DNA of 64,000 nt from Eledone cirrhosa (Eukaryota). Where the stretch lies: positions 10,602,001 to 10,666,000 of the forward strand of contig OZ024763.1 in the NCBI GenBank assembly GCA_964016885.1, read 5' to 3'. Positions 39,795-53,526 of the stretch are shown here, one piece after another (position 1 is the stretch's first letter; each line of letters begins with the position of its first letter). A program made the translations under genes and the position numbers. A model generated the notes under the pieces. The model had not been told where the DNA came from. It saw only the letters and a program-made list of their open reading frames with translations, and searched no databases.

Positions 39795-40945
39795 TATATA
39801 TATGTATATATACATATAATATATTAAACTTAATATTGTATCATAAGTTCCAGAGACCATGTTCGGGGTGTTATATAAGTTAAAGCCGACTTTTGGTTTA
39901 AGTTTGATATATTTTAATACTTCACAGAGAAGATAATTTATTAATATATCTTATCATTTCATTGAGATTTTTTCATATTAGAAACAGTTAACTTTATAGA
40001 GTTATAAATTAATATATATATTGGGAAATACAAAGTTGAAGGTGTTAGGGTCCTTTATTAATTGAGCCATTATATATATTTCAATGGCGATAAATATCGT
40101 GATTTCTTCAGACAGCAAAAATTGATTAAAAGGTAACATTTTGGAGGCAATTTTAGATGGAAGGGAGCGGACTAAAAAAATGTATGTTTTTGCTTTGGGT
40201 GTCCGCTCCCTTTTCACTTTCAGAACATCCTGACAGAACTGCACAGTCACAGGGGTGTGGGTGGCTGACCTCTCAACTACCACCCAGAATACTACTAACC
40301 TTATTTGTTCTCTCTAGCTACCAGTCCCCCACCACCTCGGCCGACAACTCAATATGGTCAGTGGGAGTTCAGTTCAGCCAAATTTGTTTACTGCTAGCTT
40401 TGGTGTCCAGCAGAATTTAAGTGCATTCGTACCTGCTACCCGTTTATGGGGGGGGGGGGTAATATACAGACCATCCACCCCAAAGTGAGAAAGTTAGCTA
40501 CTCCTATGGTTAATATAACTTATCATAGAAAATATTTAATGTTTCACAATCTGAAAATCAAAAAAATTCTAAATTTCAGACGTTAAAAAGTTAGAAGCCC
40601 GGAAAGCTATACAACAGTCAATATGCTAAGAATAATATCTAACTGGCTAAAGTGTATATTGGTATTAGGGATAGGGTTTAGAACTGGAAATTAACTTGTT
40701 ATGACTTCCCATGGAAAAAAGCTGACCTCTTATCGAGAATGACAGGCAAAATTGAAAGTATTACATGTAACGAATGTAAATATTAGATAATCATATAGTT
40801 GGTATCCTGGTCAATCTGGTAGACACAAATAATACATTGATGAGGAGGATTTAAGGAAAAATTGAAGAAAAGGTACAAATGAGTAAGGATGAACGGGACA
40901 AAGGAATTATAAAGAAAATAAAGGAAGAAATATGTGATGAATGTC

Positions 40946-42982
40946 ACCTGTATAAGGTCTCTGTACTGTATAAGACCTCTGTGCTGTATAAGACCTCTGT
41001 ACTGTATAAGACCTCTGTACTGTATAAGATCTCTGTGCTGTATAAGATATCTGTACTGTATAAGACCTCTGCACTGTATAAGACCTCTGTGCTGTATAAG
41101 ACCTCTGTACTGTATAAGACCTCTGCACTGTATAAGACCTCTGTGCTGTATAAGACCTCTGCACTGTATAATATCTCTGTACTGTATGAGACCTCTGTAC
41201 TGTATAAGACCTCTGCACTGTATAAGACCTCTGTGCTGTATAAGACCTCTGTGCTGTATAAGAGCTCTGTACTGTATAAGACCTCTGTACTGTATAAGAC
41301 TTCTGTACTGTATAAGACCTCTGTACTGTATGAGACCTCTGTACTGTATAAGACCTCTGTGCTGTATAAGACCTCTGTACTGTATAAGATCTCTGTGCTG
41401 TATAAGACCTCTGTACTGTATAAGACCTCTGCACTGTATAAGACCTCTGCACTGTATAAGACCTCTGTACCGTATAAGACCTCTGTACTGTATAAGACCT
41501 CTGTGCTGTATAAGACCTCTGTGCTGTATAAGAGCTCTGTACTGTATAAGACATCTGCACTGTATAAGAGCTCTGTACTGTATAAGACATCTGCACTGTA
41601 TAAGACGTCTGTGCTGTATAAGATATCTGCACTGTATAAGACCTCTGCACTGTATAAGACCTCTGTACTGTATAAGACCTCTGTACTGTATGAGACCTCT
41701 GTACTGTATAAGACCTCTGTGCTGTATAAGACCTCTGTACTGTATAAGAGCTCTGTACTGTATAAGACCTCTGTACTGTATAAGACCTCTGTACTGTATA
41801 AGACCTCTGCACTGTATAAGACCTCTGTGCTGTATAAGACCTCTGTGCTGTATAAGAGCTCTGTACTGTATAAGACCTCTGTACTGTATAAGACCTCTGT
41901 ACTGTATAAGACCTCTGTACTGTATAAGACCTCTGCACTGTATAAGACGTCTGTGCTATATAAGATATCTGCACTGTATAAGACCTCTGTACTGTATAAG
42001 ACCTCTGTACTGTATAAGACGTCTGTGCTGTATAAGATATCTGCACTGTATAAGACCTCTGTACTGTATAAGACCTCTGCACTGTATAAGACGTCTGTGC
42101 TGTATAAGATATCTGCACTGTATAAGACCTCTGCACTGTATAAGACCTCTGTACTGTATAAGACCTCTGTACTGTATGAGACCTCTGTACTGTATAAGAC
42201 CTCTGCACTGTATAAGACCTCTGTGCTGTATAAGACCTCTGTGCTGTATAAGAGCTCTGTACTGTATAAGACCTCTGTGCTGTATAAGAGCTCTGTACTG
42301 TATAAGACCTCTGTACTGTATAAGACCTCTGTACTGTATAAGACCTCTGTACTGTATAAGACCTCTGTACTGTATGAGACCTCTGTACTGTATAAGACCT
42401 CTGTGCTGTATAAGACCTCTGTACTGTATAAGATCTCTGTGCTGTATAAGACCTCTGTACTGTATAAGACCTCTGCACTGTATAAGACCTCTGTGCTGTA
42501 TAAGACCTCTGTGCTGTATAAGAGCTCTGTACTGTATAAGACCTCTGTACTATATAAGACCTCTGTACTGTATAAGACCTCTGTACTGTATGAGACCTCT
42601 GTACTGTATAAGACCTCTGTGCTGTATAAGACCTCTGTACTGTATAAGATCTCTGTGCTGTATAAGACCTCTGTACTGTATAAGACCTCTGCACTGTATA
42701 AGACCTCTGCACTGTATAAGACCTCTGTACCGTATAAGACCTCTGTACTGTATAAGACCTCTGTACTGTATAAGACCTCTGTACTGTATAAGACGTCTGT
42801 GCTGTATAAGATATCTGCACTGTATAAGACCTCTGTACTGTATAAGACCTCTGCACTGTATAAGACGTCTGTGCTGTATAAGATATCTGCACTGTATAAG
42901 ACCTCTGCACTGTATAAGACCTCTGTACTGTATAAGACCTCTGTACTGTATAAGACCTCTGCACTGTATAAGACCTCTGTGT
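40946..42982. repeat. 18-bp minisatellite (~113 units)
   Basis: CTGTATAAGACCTCTG(TA/CA/TG). Confidence 0.97.
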
Positions 42983-42989
42983 TATCAGA

Positions 42990-43190
42990 GTGGCAAGGTA
43001 GTGAGACTCGGGGGCGCAGAGAGGAGAAATGAAGCGAGAATACTTTGATGGATGTGAAATGTTAATGTGTGAAAACAACAAAGCATGGATAACTGAGAGA
43101 GAAACTGAGTATAAGAAGACTCAGATGTAGTGTGCAAGAGAGGAGACTGTGCTGGTATAGACATGTGATGTGCATGAATGATGATTGATG
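42990..43190 (+). mobile_element. RTE LINE fragment
   Basis: ERNEARIL.WM.NV...LREKL.I..LRCSVQERRL.WY.HVM; homolog at 60420-60580 on minus. Confidence 0.75.
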
Positions 43191-43670
43191 CCAATGGAGG
43201 GAAGCCATATTTAGCAATTCAAACACAAACAATGGATAAAATAAGCAACAAACTTGTAAATAAAAATAAGTACTAGGGTTGATAGGATTGACTAAATCCT
43301 TTCAAGCTGGTGTCCTAGCATGCCCATAGTCAAAACATTGAAACCATTAAAACAACTCTAAACACAGATGAGCCAATGAGGGAAGTTTAAGCTACTTTAA
43401 CCCTAACAATCCTCAGCAAGATTTGAACTCAGAATGTAGAGACCTGCTATAAATATCTAATAATCCACCACTTTTGCCAAATCATTATTCTAAAGATATC
43501 ATCTTAACACTAAATTTATTGTTGACTAATCTAAATGTATAATTAGTTTATATAATCTTATATCTTACATCAACTGATACCCTGCATATATCTACTGCTA
43601 CCCACCCACACCACCACAACATTCTGATGATACATTTATAGATACACTGAGAAGATAGATAATAGGCACA

Positions 43671-44288
43671 AACATGGCTGTGTTGTTAAGGTGTTCACTT
43701 CACAACATAGGTGTAGACATGGCTGTGTTGTTAAGGTGTTCACTTCACAACATAGGTGTAGACATGGCTGTGTTGTTAAGGTGTTCACTTCACAACATAG
43801 GTGTAGACATGGCTGTGTTGTTAAGGTGTTCACTTCACAACATAGGTGTAGACATGGCTGTGTTGTTAAGGTGTTCACTTCACAACATAGGTGTAGACAT
43901 GGCTGTGTTGTTAAGGTGTTCACTTCACAACATAGGTGTAGACATGGCTGTGTTGTTAAGGTGTTCACTTCACAACATAGGTGTAGACATGGCTGTGTTG
44001 TTAAGGTGTTCACTTCACAACATAGGTGTAGACATGGCTGTGTTGTTAAGGTGTTCACTTCACAACATAGGTGTAGACATGGCTGTGTTGTTAAGGTGTT
44101 CACTTCACAACATAGGTGTAGACATGGCTGTGTTGTTAAGGTGTTCACTTCACAACATAGGTGTAGACATGGCTGTGTTGTTAAGGTGTTCACTTCACAA
44201 CATAGGTGTAGACATGGCTGTGTTGTTAAGGTGTTCACTTCACAACATAGGTGTAGACATGGCTGTGTTGTTAAGGTGTTCACTTCAC
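43671..44288. repeat. Perfect 45-bp tandem array (~13.7 copies) derived from a SINE head
   Basis: ACATGGCTGTGTTGTTAAGGTGTTCACTTCACAACATAGGTGTAG; resembles the SINE start at 52994-53035. Confidence 0.93.
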
Positions 44289-44792
44289 GGTCAGCCTGTC
44301 AGCCTGTCAACCTGTCAATCCGTCAGCCTGTCAGCCTGTCAGTCTATCAACCTGTCAGTCTGTCAGCCTGTCCATGTGTCCTACTTAAAGTAATTATCTT
44401 ATGTACTCTTGTAGAAGTCACCTCAGTAGATTTGTGTCACACCTCAATTTCATATTTAGTAGTTAATAAATTCTGTAACGTGGTAGTGCTGGCACCACAA
44501 TAAAATACACCCAGTACACTCTGTAACGGTGTAGTACTGGTGTTACGCTACAATGTACCCAGCCCACATGAATGAGAAGAGAAAGATACAGAGATAAAGG
44601 AAGCAAAGAAAGTGAGGAACAAACACCTATTTGCTTCGGTATTGAATGTCTCCCTCACTCTACTGCATGAAAGGAGATATAACTAAAACAAGTAAACGAC
44701 ATTTGTTCAATCAACATAAAGCAACAACATACACCAGGGTTTATATCAGAATCCGCTCTCTCCTCTATCGGTTCCAGTACATTTTGTCATAC

Positions 44793-46235
44793 ATTTTTTT
44801 ATATAAGACGTGAATGCGACTCAGCTCCCTTAGAGTACAAGAAGTTAAGGGCCAAAACTCTTACTTAAGTGGGTTTTCTTCTCTGAAGATCTTCTGCTGT
44901 CCAGCTCTCCTGAGAGTTTCTTACCACTACCTTCTTCATATCTTTCCTATGTGTGTATATATATATGCCACATCTTTTTATATAGCTCCGTGTGTATATG
45001 TGTATGTATCAGCCTTTCATTAAATTTGGGACTTTTTATTTGATTTATGGAAACGTTACTAAAAATAACACTTGTGAAACCTGTAATATTTTTTTGCATA
45101 TTGATTTCTGTTAGTTTCTGAAAAATAACTAAACGTTAATTCAATTAAATTTGATTCGACTTAGATCAATCATTAAAATAAAAATAAAAATTTTAAGATA
45201 ACTAATAGTGACATTGGAAACTGAAAACAAAAAATGCCTCTGAAGAATAGACCTTCATTTGGCAAAGCAACTACAAAGGGAGAATAAAAGAGAAGAGCAA
45301 CAACAAGAAAACCAACAACAAAATATTGGCAAACTGAATCAGAAGAACAAAGATGAAAGAGGTTTGCTGAAGATAGGACAGGGACAGAAATTAGTGGTCA
45401 AGATGTTTTACACTACAGCACAAAACAGAGAGGATGAATAAGATGTTCAAAGATCATCAAGGTTTTAACAACAAAGAATAAGAAGTTCACAGAATAGACA
45501 AGAGGAATCAGGGGAAGAAAGATCAAAAAGACTTGCCGAAGATAAAACAATGAAAGTATTTGTCAAGAGGAATCAGATGTAGAAAAATCATCAAGACAGG
45601 CAAATGGAGAGAAATAGAGCAGCTCAAAGGTGGCATGAAGAAAGTGAAGCTCAAACAACTCAAAAGCTATGTGAACAGAGAGCAAGAACAGAAGATTTAT
45701 GATTTTAAAAGGCTGTGGAACTTTGCTGCTTTGAGTTACAATCCACATCAAGACTGGTGCCACAGAATTTTTCATTTGAATTTCCTCAATGAACAAAATT
45801 TGTCCAAATTGTTTAAATGGAAAGATTAAGTTTAAACTATTACCTGAAGCACCCTTGAGGGGACTGCTGATTGGTACAACTCCTGAATCACGTCACTTTC
45901 TTCAAAATATCCAGAAGAATGCACTCCAAATGATATGATTTGGTGTAAATATCATCCATGAAGGTGGCTTTATACCCACTTTCAAAATCCAAGAGCAAGT
46001 GTACCATAGAATTGAACCAAAATATTTACAACTGTATTCCATCAGTGGTATGAAAACCCAAGCACAGACAAGATATGAAAGGAATAAAGAAACTAAGTAT
46101 GAAATCATATTGCAATTACAAGATATGTTACAAACAAGAAACTTATATTAGAAGTTTGAAATATACCCTAGAAAATGTTTTGAATGAAATTTCATTATTT
46201 TCTTTAACTCAGGCAATGCCAGGTACTTCTGCTAG
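44793..46235 (+). mobile_element. Helitron derivative, copy 2
   Basis: 45246-46235 is near-identical to 38805-39794 (offset 6441); 5' boundary near TTTTTATATAAG is tentative. Confidence 0.8.
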
Positions 46236-46531
46236 TATATATATATATATATATATATATATGTAATAGACACTCCAGACACACCCAAATATCTTATATA
46301 TAGAGTCACACATCATGACACAACCTGAGATCAGTTTGACAATTGCCACAGACGAATGTGAGCTCCAGCAAAGTTAACCAGGAGTCTTTAAAATATCTAC
46401 AAAACCAAATTGTAAAATTATATTATAAAATTAAATTAAATTGTTTAGAACTACAAGTTAAGTTATTCTTTTCCTTTTTTTAAATATACCTAACTGTACC
46501 AAGGATTTCACACATTTTCCAATATATATAT

Positions 46532-46897
46532 ATCATCATCATCATCATTTTACGTCCGCTTTTCCCTGCTTGCAAGGGTGGGACGGGAGCTGATTCAGGC
46601 TTAATTTCTACAGCTGGATGCCCTTCCTAACACCAACCTCATTTACAGTGAGTGCTGGGTGCTTTTTTTCCATGGCACCTCCACAAGCACTTTACAGTGT
46701 GGGCTGGGTGCTTTTTTTCCATGGCACCTCCACGAGCACTTTACAGTGTGGGCTGGGTGCTGTTTTGCCATGGCACCTCCACGACCACTTTGCAGTGGAA
46801 TGATATCGACCTCAGTCTTATCATCTCATTTCTACAGCTGAGTAAACTGGAGCAATGTGAAATAAAGTGTCTTGCTCAAGGAAACAACACATCACCT
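46532..46897 (-). mobile_element. SINE family B (head truncated, internal ~50-bp triplication)
   Basis: Colinear with 11082-11345. Confidence 0.85.
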
Positions 46898-46910
46898 ATA
46901 TATATATACA

Positions 46911-47090
46911 TTGGTGTTAGGAAGGGCATCCAGCTGTAAAATACCCGGCCAAATTTACAGTCCTCACTAGAGCAAGGTGCAAGACGGCCAACCATGACCA
47001 GACTTCCCTCCTGGGATGGATGACCCCGGCTAAGCCATGGAAGGATTGACGCTAAACAGAAATGATGATGATGATGATGATGGTGATGAT
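46911..47090 (+). mobile_element. Retroelement 3' fragment with (GAT)n tail
   Basis: TTGGTGTTAGGAAGGGCATCCAGCTGTAAAA...CATGGAAGGATTGACG. Confidence 0.65.
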
Positions 47091-47489
47091 ATATAATAGA
47101 TAATGTTGATATAATACATATATATTTATAGTTTTTGTTGTTTCATAAAACTGAAGAAGCCTGTATGTGGTGAGGGGGTTGTCTTTGTATATGTGTGTGT
47201 GTCAGTGTGTGTGTGAGAGTGTGTGTGTCAGTGTATGTGTGTCACCTCACCAGTGTAGAAGGAGTTACCTTCAACCTATACTCCACAGTAATTTCAATCA
47301 ACTCGTGATAGAGTTCAAGGTATATTAGATAAGGGAATGGGGGGAGAGGGACTGAAACAACAGACAGTAACACTGGCAGGGACTTGTGCAGATACACATA
47401 AACATATACAGTTATATACTTATCTATGTATATATATATCATATACACACACACATATATATATGTGTGTGTGTGTGTGTGCGTGTGTG

Positions 47490-47741
47490 TGGAGGTACGT
47501 GGCCTAGTGGTAAGGGTGTTAGACTTACAACCATAATGTCGTGGGTTCAATTCCTGGGTTGTGTGTTGCGTTCTTGAACAAAACACTTCATTTCACGTTG
47601 TTCCAGTATACTCAGCTGGAGGTTTAACCCTGCAATGGACTGGCATCCTGTCCAGGGGGTAGTCTTGTACTCTCAGTTGCTTCACGCCATGAAACCGGGA
47701 TAAGTACCGGCCAAATGAGCCTTCTGGCTTAAGACAGACTT
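47490..47741 (+). mobile_element. SINE family C
   Basis: Homologous to 33649-33928. Confidence 0.85.
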
Positions 47742-47827
47742 TTATATATATATATATATATCAAAAGCATGTATTGAGTTAGAAACTCAAAATAGTCTCA
47801 TTACAGTAAATTAGCTCTAGGAAAAAA

Positions 47828-48058
47828 GTTCCCAGTTACACACTGTAAATGTTCCCAGTTACACACTGTAAAAGTTCCCAGTTACACACTGTAAATGTTC
47901 CCAGTTACACACTGTAAAAGTTCCCAGTTACACACTGTAAATGTTCCCAGTTACACACTGTAAAAGTTCCCAGTTACACACTGTAAATGTTCCCAGTTAC
48001 ACACCGGTAAAAAATTCCAGTTACACACTGTAAATGTTCCCAGTAACATACTGTAAAT
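47828..48058. repeat. 23-bp tandem repeat x10 with 46-bp dimer period
   Basis: GTTCCCAGTTACACACTGTAAA(T/A) alternating; runs into the retroelement at 48053-48228. Confidence 0.9.
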
Positions 48059-48295
48059 GTGGTTGGTGTTAGGAAGGGCATCCAGGCGTAGAAAACCTGC
48101 CAGATAGTCCTATACGAGCAGGACACGGTCACCCGACCAATCTTGCCTCAAATTAGGACAACTCCTGTCTAATCCATGCTAGCGTGGAAGATAGATGTTA
48201 AACAATGATGATGATGATGATGATGATTCATTAAGGTTTGTTGGTTCACCACTGGATAGAACTGGTCATTCAGTATAGTCAACCGTGATGTAATA

Positions 48296-48347
<52 letters not shown>

Positions 48348-48369
48348 TATATATATATAAATATGTATG

Positions 48370-48403
<34 letters not shown>

Positions 48404-48829
48404 TGTATGTGCATATATATATATATTTATATATATATAAATATGTATGTGCATATATATATATATATATATACATAGATGTGTGTGTGTTTTAGATTAT
48501 AGAAGGAACAGAGGATGAGTGAGATAAGATATAACTGGCACGGGTGAGAGATTAAAGTATCAAGTTTCTATCAAAACGTGTTTATCTCTGTCTTTCTGTG
48601 TGTCTGTCTGGCTGTGTGTGTATGTGTGTGAGTGTGTGTGTGTGTGAATTTGTGTGTGGATGTGTCTGAGTGTGTTGGTGTGTGTTTGTGTGTGTATTTA
48701 TGAGATGTGTTGTTATTTCTGTTTATCTTTTACATACATACATACATATATACATATATACATATATACATATATACATATATATATACATATATACATA
48801 TAAACATATGTATATAGTCAAACAATTAT

Positions 48830-50060
48830 GGCCTGAGAGACCGACATGGAAGAAATGGTAAAATGGTGGAAGCAGAGAACTTTACGAAGTGACCAAGAGT
48901 GAGATGAGGCGGCAAGTTACTTTGCAAGGAAGGAAGCAAAAGTAAAAGGTTTCTACATATTATGTGTCGTGGGGACCAAAGACGTGAGGTGTTCAAGGAT
49001 GACAAGGCGGTGTTTCAGGGAAAATTGTGATGTTGTGGAGGAGAAGTGAATAGATCACACCTAAACCACCTGTATTGTAAACCAAGTAATACAAAATTGT
49101 GCCATACCCAATGACTGGTATAGCAGCATCATCAACTGCTACATTCAGAGGAAATTAATGAGGCATCAAACTGATGGACCAGGTCATGAAAGTCACAGAA
49201 AGATTTATAGCACAGTGGATTAGGGAACAAGTTAACCTGGATGAAATCCAGTTTGGATTTGTGTCAGGTAAAAGTAACATAGATGCCCTTGTGGGGCAAC
49301 TATGCTAAAAGTAACCCCCTCTACTTGGCATTTGTTGATCTGGAGAAAGCATTTAACAGGCTTCCCCATTCTGTAATCTGGTGGGCACTTAGGATATTAG
49401 GAGTAGAAGATTGGTTCCTGAGGGTGGTACAATAAAGGCATCCAAAGTTAAGACATGGGAGGACTTTAGGGTTAAGCTGGAATCCAACTTCAGATCAGCA
49501 AATAAAGTGTTCTGGCAGACCATCCGCCAACTTCATATTAAGAATTCCTCCTCCACATCTGCTATCAAGAATACATCTGGGGGTCTCCTCTCCTCAGAGA
49601 GGTGCATCCTCGCAAAGTGGAGATAATACTTTGCTGATCTTCTAAACCCAATCACAACAGCATCTTCTGATGTACACGAGCTACATCTGGGAGTGGTGGC
49701 TAATCTCTCAGAGGTTGAGGTCACAAGAGCAGTTAAAGAGTTCAAATGTGGCAAGGCCACTGGGGAAGATGAAATCTAACCCGAGATGTTAAAAGCCTTA
49801 AATAGAGAAAGTATTCTCTGGCTGATTCGTGTGTGCCAGGATTGACATGTGTAGCCAGGTTGGAAGTGGTATCATGACTGGCAGGTGGAGAATCAGTCGG
49901 CTGGCATTAGCAGATGACATGGTGTTACTTAACTCATTAGAAGTTGATCTCCAACTTGCACTTGAGAGGTTTGATGCCGAGTGCTGCATGGCTGGAATGA
50001 AGATCAGTGCTGTGAAAATTGAGACACTCATCCTCTCAAGGAAGCCTGCAGAGTGCACTC
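48830..50060 (+). mobile_element. RTE-clade LINE fragments (two families juxtaposed)
   Basis: LAFVDLEKAFNR..SVIWWALR; KVFWQTIRQL; G.DEI.PEMLK; RLALADDMVL. Confidence 0.8.
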
Positions 50061-50290
50061 TACCACCACCACCACTACCACTACACCACTATACCACGAC
50101 CACCACCATGTCATAAGACTTAGTTATTTATAATTGATCCCTAATTATTTATTACCCTGCCATATCCTATAACACTATAGCTTCAACCCAGCCACAGTAT
50201 CAATATATGATCAATATATTGATCAGTCATTCACTGATTGATCCTTATTAATGATACACTTCCTTTAACTTCCTCATGTCATAATATATC

Positions 50291-50321
<31 letters not shown>

Positions 50322-50939
50322 ACTCTCTCTCCATTGCACCTCACTCTCTCTCTCACTCTCCCACACTCTCTCACTATTGCACCGCTCACTCTCTCTCTCT
50401 CCATTGCACCTCACTCTCACTTTCTCCCCTCTCTCTCTATGTATATGTGTGTGTATGTGTATGCGTGTGTATGTGTATGTATGTATATGTGTATGTGTGT
50501 GTATGGGTGTGTGTATGTGTATGTGTGTGTGTGTGCAGAGGAACCTCTGTTCACAAACCAAATTTTCCCAGAAGGCCGTTTGTCACCTGAAATGTATATT
50601 TCCCATAAGAAATGTTGCCGGCTTATTCATAAATTACACAAGACTCCGTTCATGAACCAGAATGTTCAAAACATTCGTGAACCCAAGTTCATTATATATG
50701 TATAATACATATATATATATATACATGGTGGCTGCCAACTCGTTTTCGAGTACGGCCACTACTTTATATCCATGTAGGAGAACCCTGAACAACTAAGACT
50801 GTAAGTCTGTTGCTGGTCTCAAGTGTCACACGAGAGTGCATAAGGAGGAAGTTATATTCAGGACTCTCTGAGAGCCTCATGTGTCTGTTGCTTCTACAGA
50901 ACCTTCCCAGAATTTGGTACAGCTTGTTTCCTGTGGTCA

Positions 50940-51070
50940 TTTGCTGCATACTGTTCTGGTGCAACAGCCACATATAAAACCTATGTTCTTATCTAAACTA
51001 CCTGAGATCCCACTACATCTCTGTGTACCCATAGTTTGCATTTGGGACAGAGGATGGAATTTCTACCTAA
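50940..51070 (-). mobile_element. RTE fragment (Cys-rich insert region)
   Basis: GRNSILCPKCKLWVH.RCSGI.G.L....F.CGCC. Confidence 0.6.
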
Positions 51071-51074
51071 TAAT

Positions 51075-51784
51075 ATCATCATCATCATCATCTTCGTTTA
51101 ATGTCCATCTTCCGCGCTAGCATGGGTTAGACGGAAGTTGTCCCACTTTAGGCAAGGTTGGTCGGGTGACCGTGTCTCGCTCATATAGGACTATCTGGCA
51201 GCTTTTCTACGGCTGGATGCCCTTCCTAACACCAACCACATTTACAGTGTGGACTGGGAACTTTTTACCGTGTTACCTACACAGCCACATTACAGCGTGG
51301 ATTGTGTGTTTTTTTGTGGTAACACCTACACGATCTTGATCTCATTATCTCATTTATTTGGACTGGATGTTGTGGTACCAACTTCAGAGAGAAACCTTTT
51401 GTGGCCAACATCATCTTACGTCCGCTTTTCCCTGCTTGCAAGGGTGGGACGGGAACTGATTCTGGCTTGATTTCTACAGCTGGATGCCCTCCTAACACCA
51501 ACCTCATTTACAGTGAGTGCTGGGTGCTTTATTGCCATGGCACCTCCACGACCACTTTACAGCGAGTGCTGGGTGCTTTTATTTGCCGTGACACCTCCAC
51601 GTCCACTTTACAGTGGAATGATATGGACCCCAGTCCCTATCATCTCATTTCTACAGCTGAGTAAACTGGAGTAATGTGAAATAAAGTGCCTTGCTCAAGG
51701 AAACAACACATCACCTTGTCTGAGAATTGAACTCACAACCTTTCGATTGCAAGTCCAATGCTCCAACCACTAAGCCGTGTGCCT

Positions 51785-51787
<3 letters not shown>
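51075..51787 (-). mobile_element. Retroelement 3' part followed by SINE family B (51409-51787)
   Basis: Homology to 48053-48228 and 11082-11425. Confidence 0.85.
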
Positions 51788-51834
<47 letters not shown>

Positions 51835-51837
<3 letters not shown>

Positions 51838-52231
51838 TCTCTGTTAGCCTCTTCCTCACCTTTCACTCACTCACTCTCTCTGCTACTCCCTCTCCTACTT
51901 TCTCCCGTTTGACCTGTGCGAAATTCTTTCCTCACGCACACTTTGACCAGGTCGGTTGTTCTTTATTCTCTCGTCCACGATTTCACAGAACTTATGTTCA
52001 CCGATTTCAGGGACTTGACTCCTTCTTCCTCACTTTTCGTTGCATTACCATCTTTGATTGTTTACAGTCTCGCACGTTCCCCTTATTTGTCTCAACGTGT
52101 CCCAACGTGTCCCAACGTGTGCCAACGACTCTGTTTAGCCGTTGCTCGCACCAACCGGAGGTATATGGTCTTTAAAGCAATGAAATACCAATGAAGGTTG
52201 GACGATCACTGATGAAGGACTAAATTTATTC

Positions 52232-52232
<1 letters not shown>
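51835..52232 (+). mobile_element. Unclassified (TA)n-flanked insert family
   Basis: Homologous to 55000-55340 and 6001-6143 (GAAATACCAATGA...CTGATGA.GGACT). Confidence 0.55.
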
Positions 52233-52271
<39 letters not shown>

Positions 52272-52273
<2 letters not shown>

Positions 52274-52498
52274 AGGGTTGACGGACCCAGCATATTTATC
52301 AATGCCAGTACAGGTTGTATCTCAGCGCACTCAATGGGCAATGTAAGATACTTTACCAGAGTATACACATAGTTATTTGCCTCAACACAACACACGTAAC
52401 ACGGGTGCCTATAAGGTTCTCGGACTCGAGTTTCTACAGCACTAATGCAGCAGTAAGGTGCACTGCACCATCTGTCTGTATATATTATGCAACAATGC

Positions 52499-52502
<4 letters not shown>
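52272..52502 (-). mobile_element. PLE-like insert with degenerate hammerhead
   Basis: Minus strand: CAGATGG-TGCAGTGC..GTGCTGTA-GAAA-CTCGAG-TC; tail hairpin TACTC..GAGTG. Confidence 0.55.
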
Positions 52503-52548
<46 letters not shown>

Positions 52549-52550
52549 TG

Positions 52551-52581
<31 letters not shown>

Positions 52582-53200
52582 ATTTATATGGCTATGCAGG
52601 CGTCTGGATGAGAGAGGGGGGCGCAAAATAAATGTATTTAGATTATATATTTTTATAATTTAGTGGAGTTAAACTAAATTTGAACATTGAAAGCTTATAA
52701 CTGTAGACACACATACCACAGACATGTCAAGTTCACCTGGGGATAGAGGAGTGTGTGTGCTGTTAAACACACTTCATATGTTCACAATGACAGACATATA
52801 CTATGGCAAGCAAGCAGAGCTAAACAATGAAATATGAGGAGGTGGTGAGAAGAGACCCTACACACCCCACGTCCCCTCACCTTCATATCTCTGCCAACCC
52901 TCTTGTTGACAGCCACAAATAATTAACCTTTGTATCATATTCTATATACTTTGGCAAATATTAGCTTACATATCAAACTAGATGTGTATATATGTGTAGG
53001 GATGGCTGTGACTTTGAGGAGTTCACTTCATAACCACGTGGTTTCGGGTGAGGTGGGGCGAGGGGGGGGGGGGGGGGGGGCTCGCATCTGTTGTGCAGTA
53101 CCTTGAGAGCAAATGGCTTCTATTATGGCCTACTGTGAGGGGGTTTTGGTAGACAGCAACTATGTGGATACCTGGCACACACACACACACACACATGTAT

Positions 53201-53526
53201 ACAGTGTAGCGCTCAACCCCAGCATTTGTGGTCCCTGTTATTCGTGGAATTTTCCTTAGAACCTAACTAACAATTGTTTGTGGAAACCACCGCATATTCG
53301 CGGAATAATAAATATCTTCTGTGACTTTTTTCGTAACAATATATATTTTTTAACACTAAATTATTAATAACAGTATACCATATTTGCCTGTCTATTGGAC
53401 GCCCTTTTGCATAAGACGGTCCCTCTTTTGTTTTACTTTTATAGACATTTTTATGGACCACATCCAATATTCGTGGTTTCTCACTCTTCGCAGGTGCTCT
53501 AGGAACATAATACCAGGAAACATCTG
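53201..53526. mobile_element. Probable pogo/Tigger-like MITE
   Basis: TA|CAG...CTG|TA ends; recurring ATTCGYGG subterminal motifs. Confidence 0.45.

Noticed and set aside
40879-43081. ~720 aa (LYKTSV)n and (QRSYTV)n ORFs
   Set aside because: 18-bp array open in three frames. The 5' ATG leader is not recognisable and the 3' end runs into an RTE remnant.
43671-44288. CRISPR-like regular array (also 56049, 57706)
   Set aside because: Head-to-tail units with no unique spacers, no cas genes, eukaryotic context
53062-53080. Poly-G tracts as functional G-quadruplexes (also 40448, 63856)
   Set aside because: Homopolymer expansions, the 53062 tract inside a decayed SINE; no evidence of function
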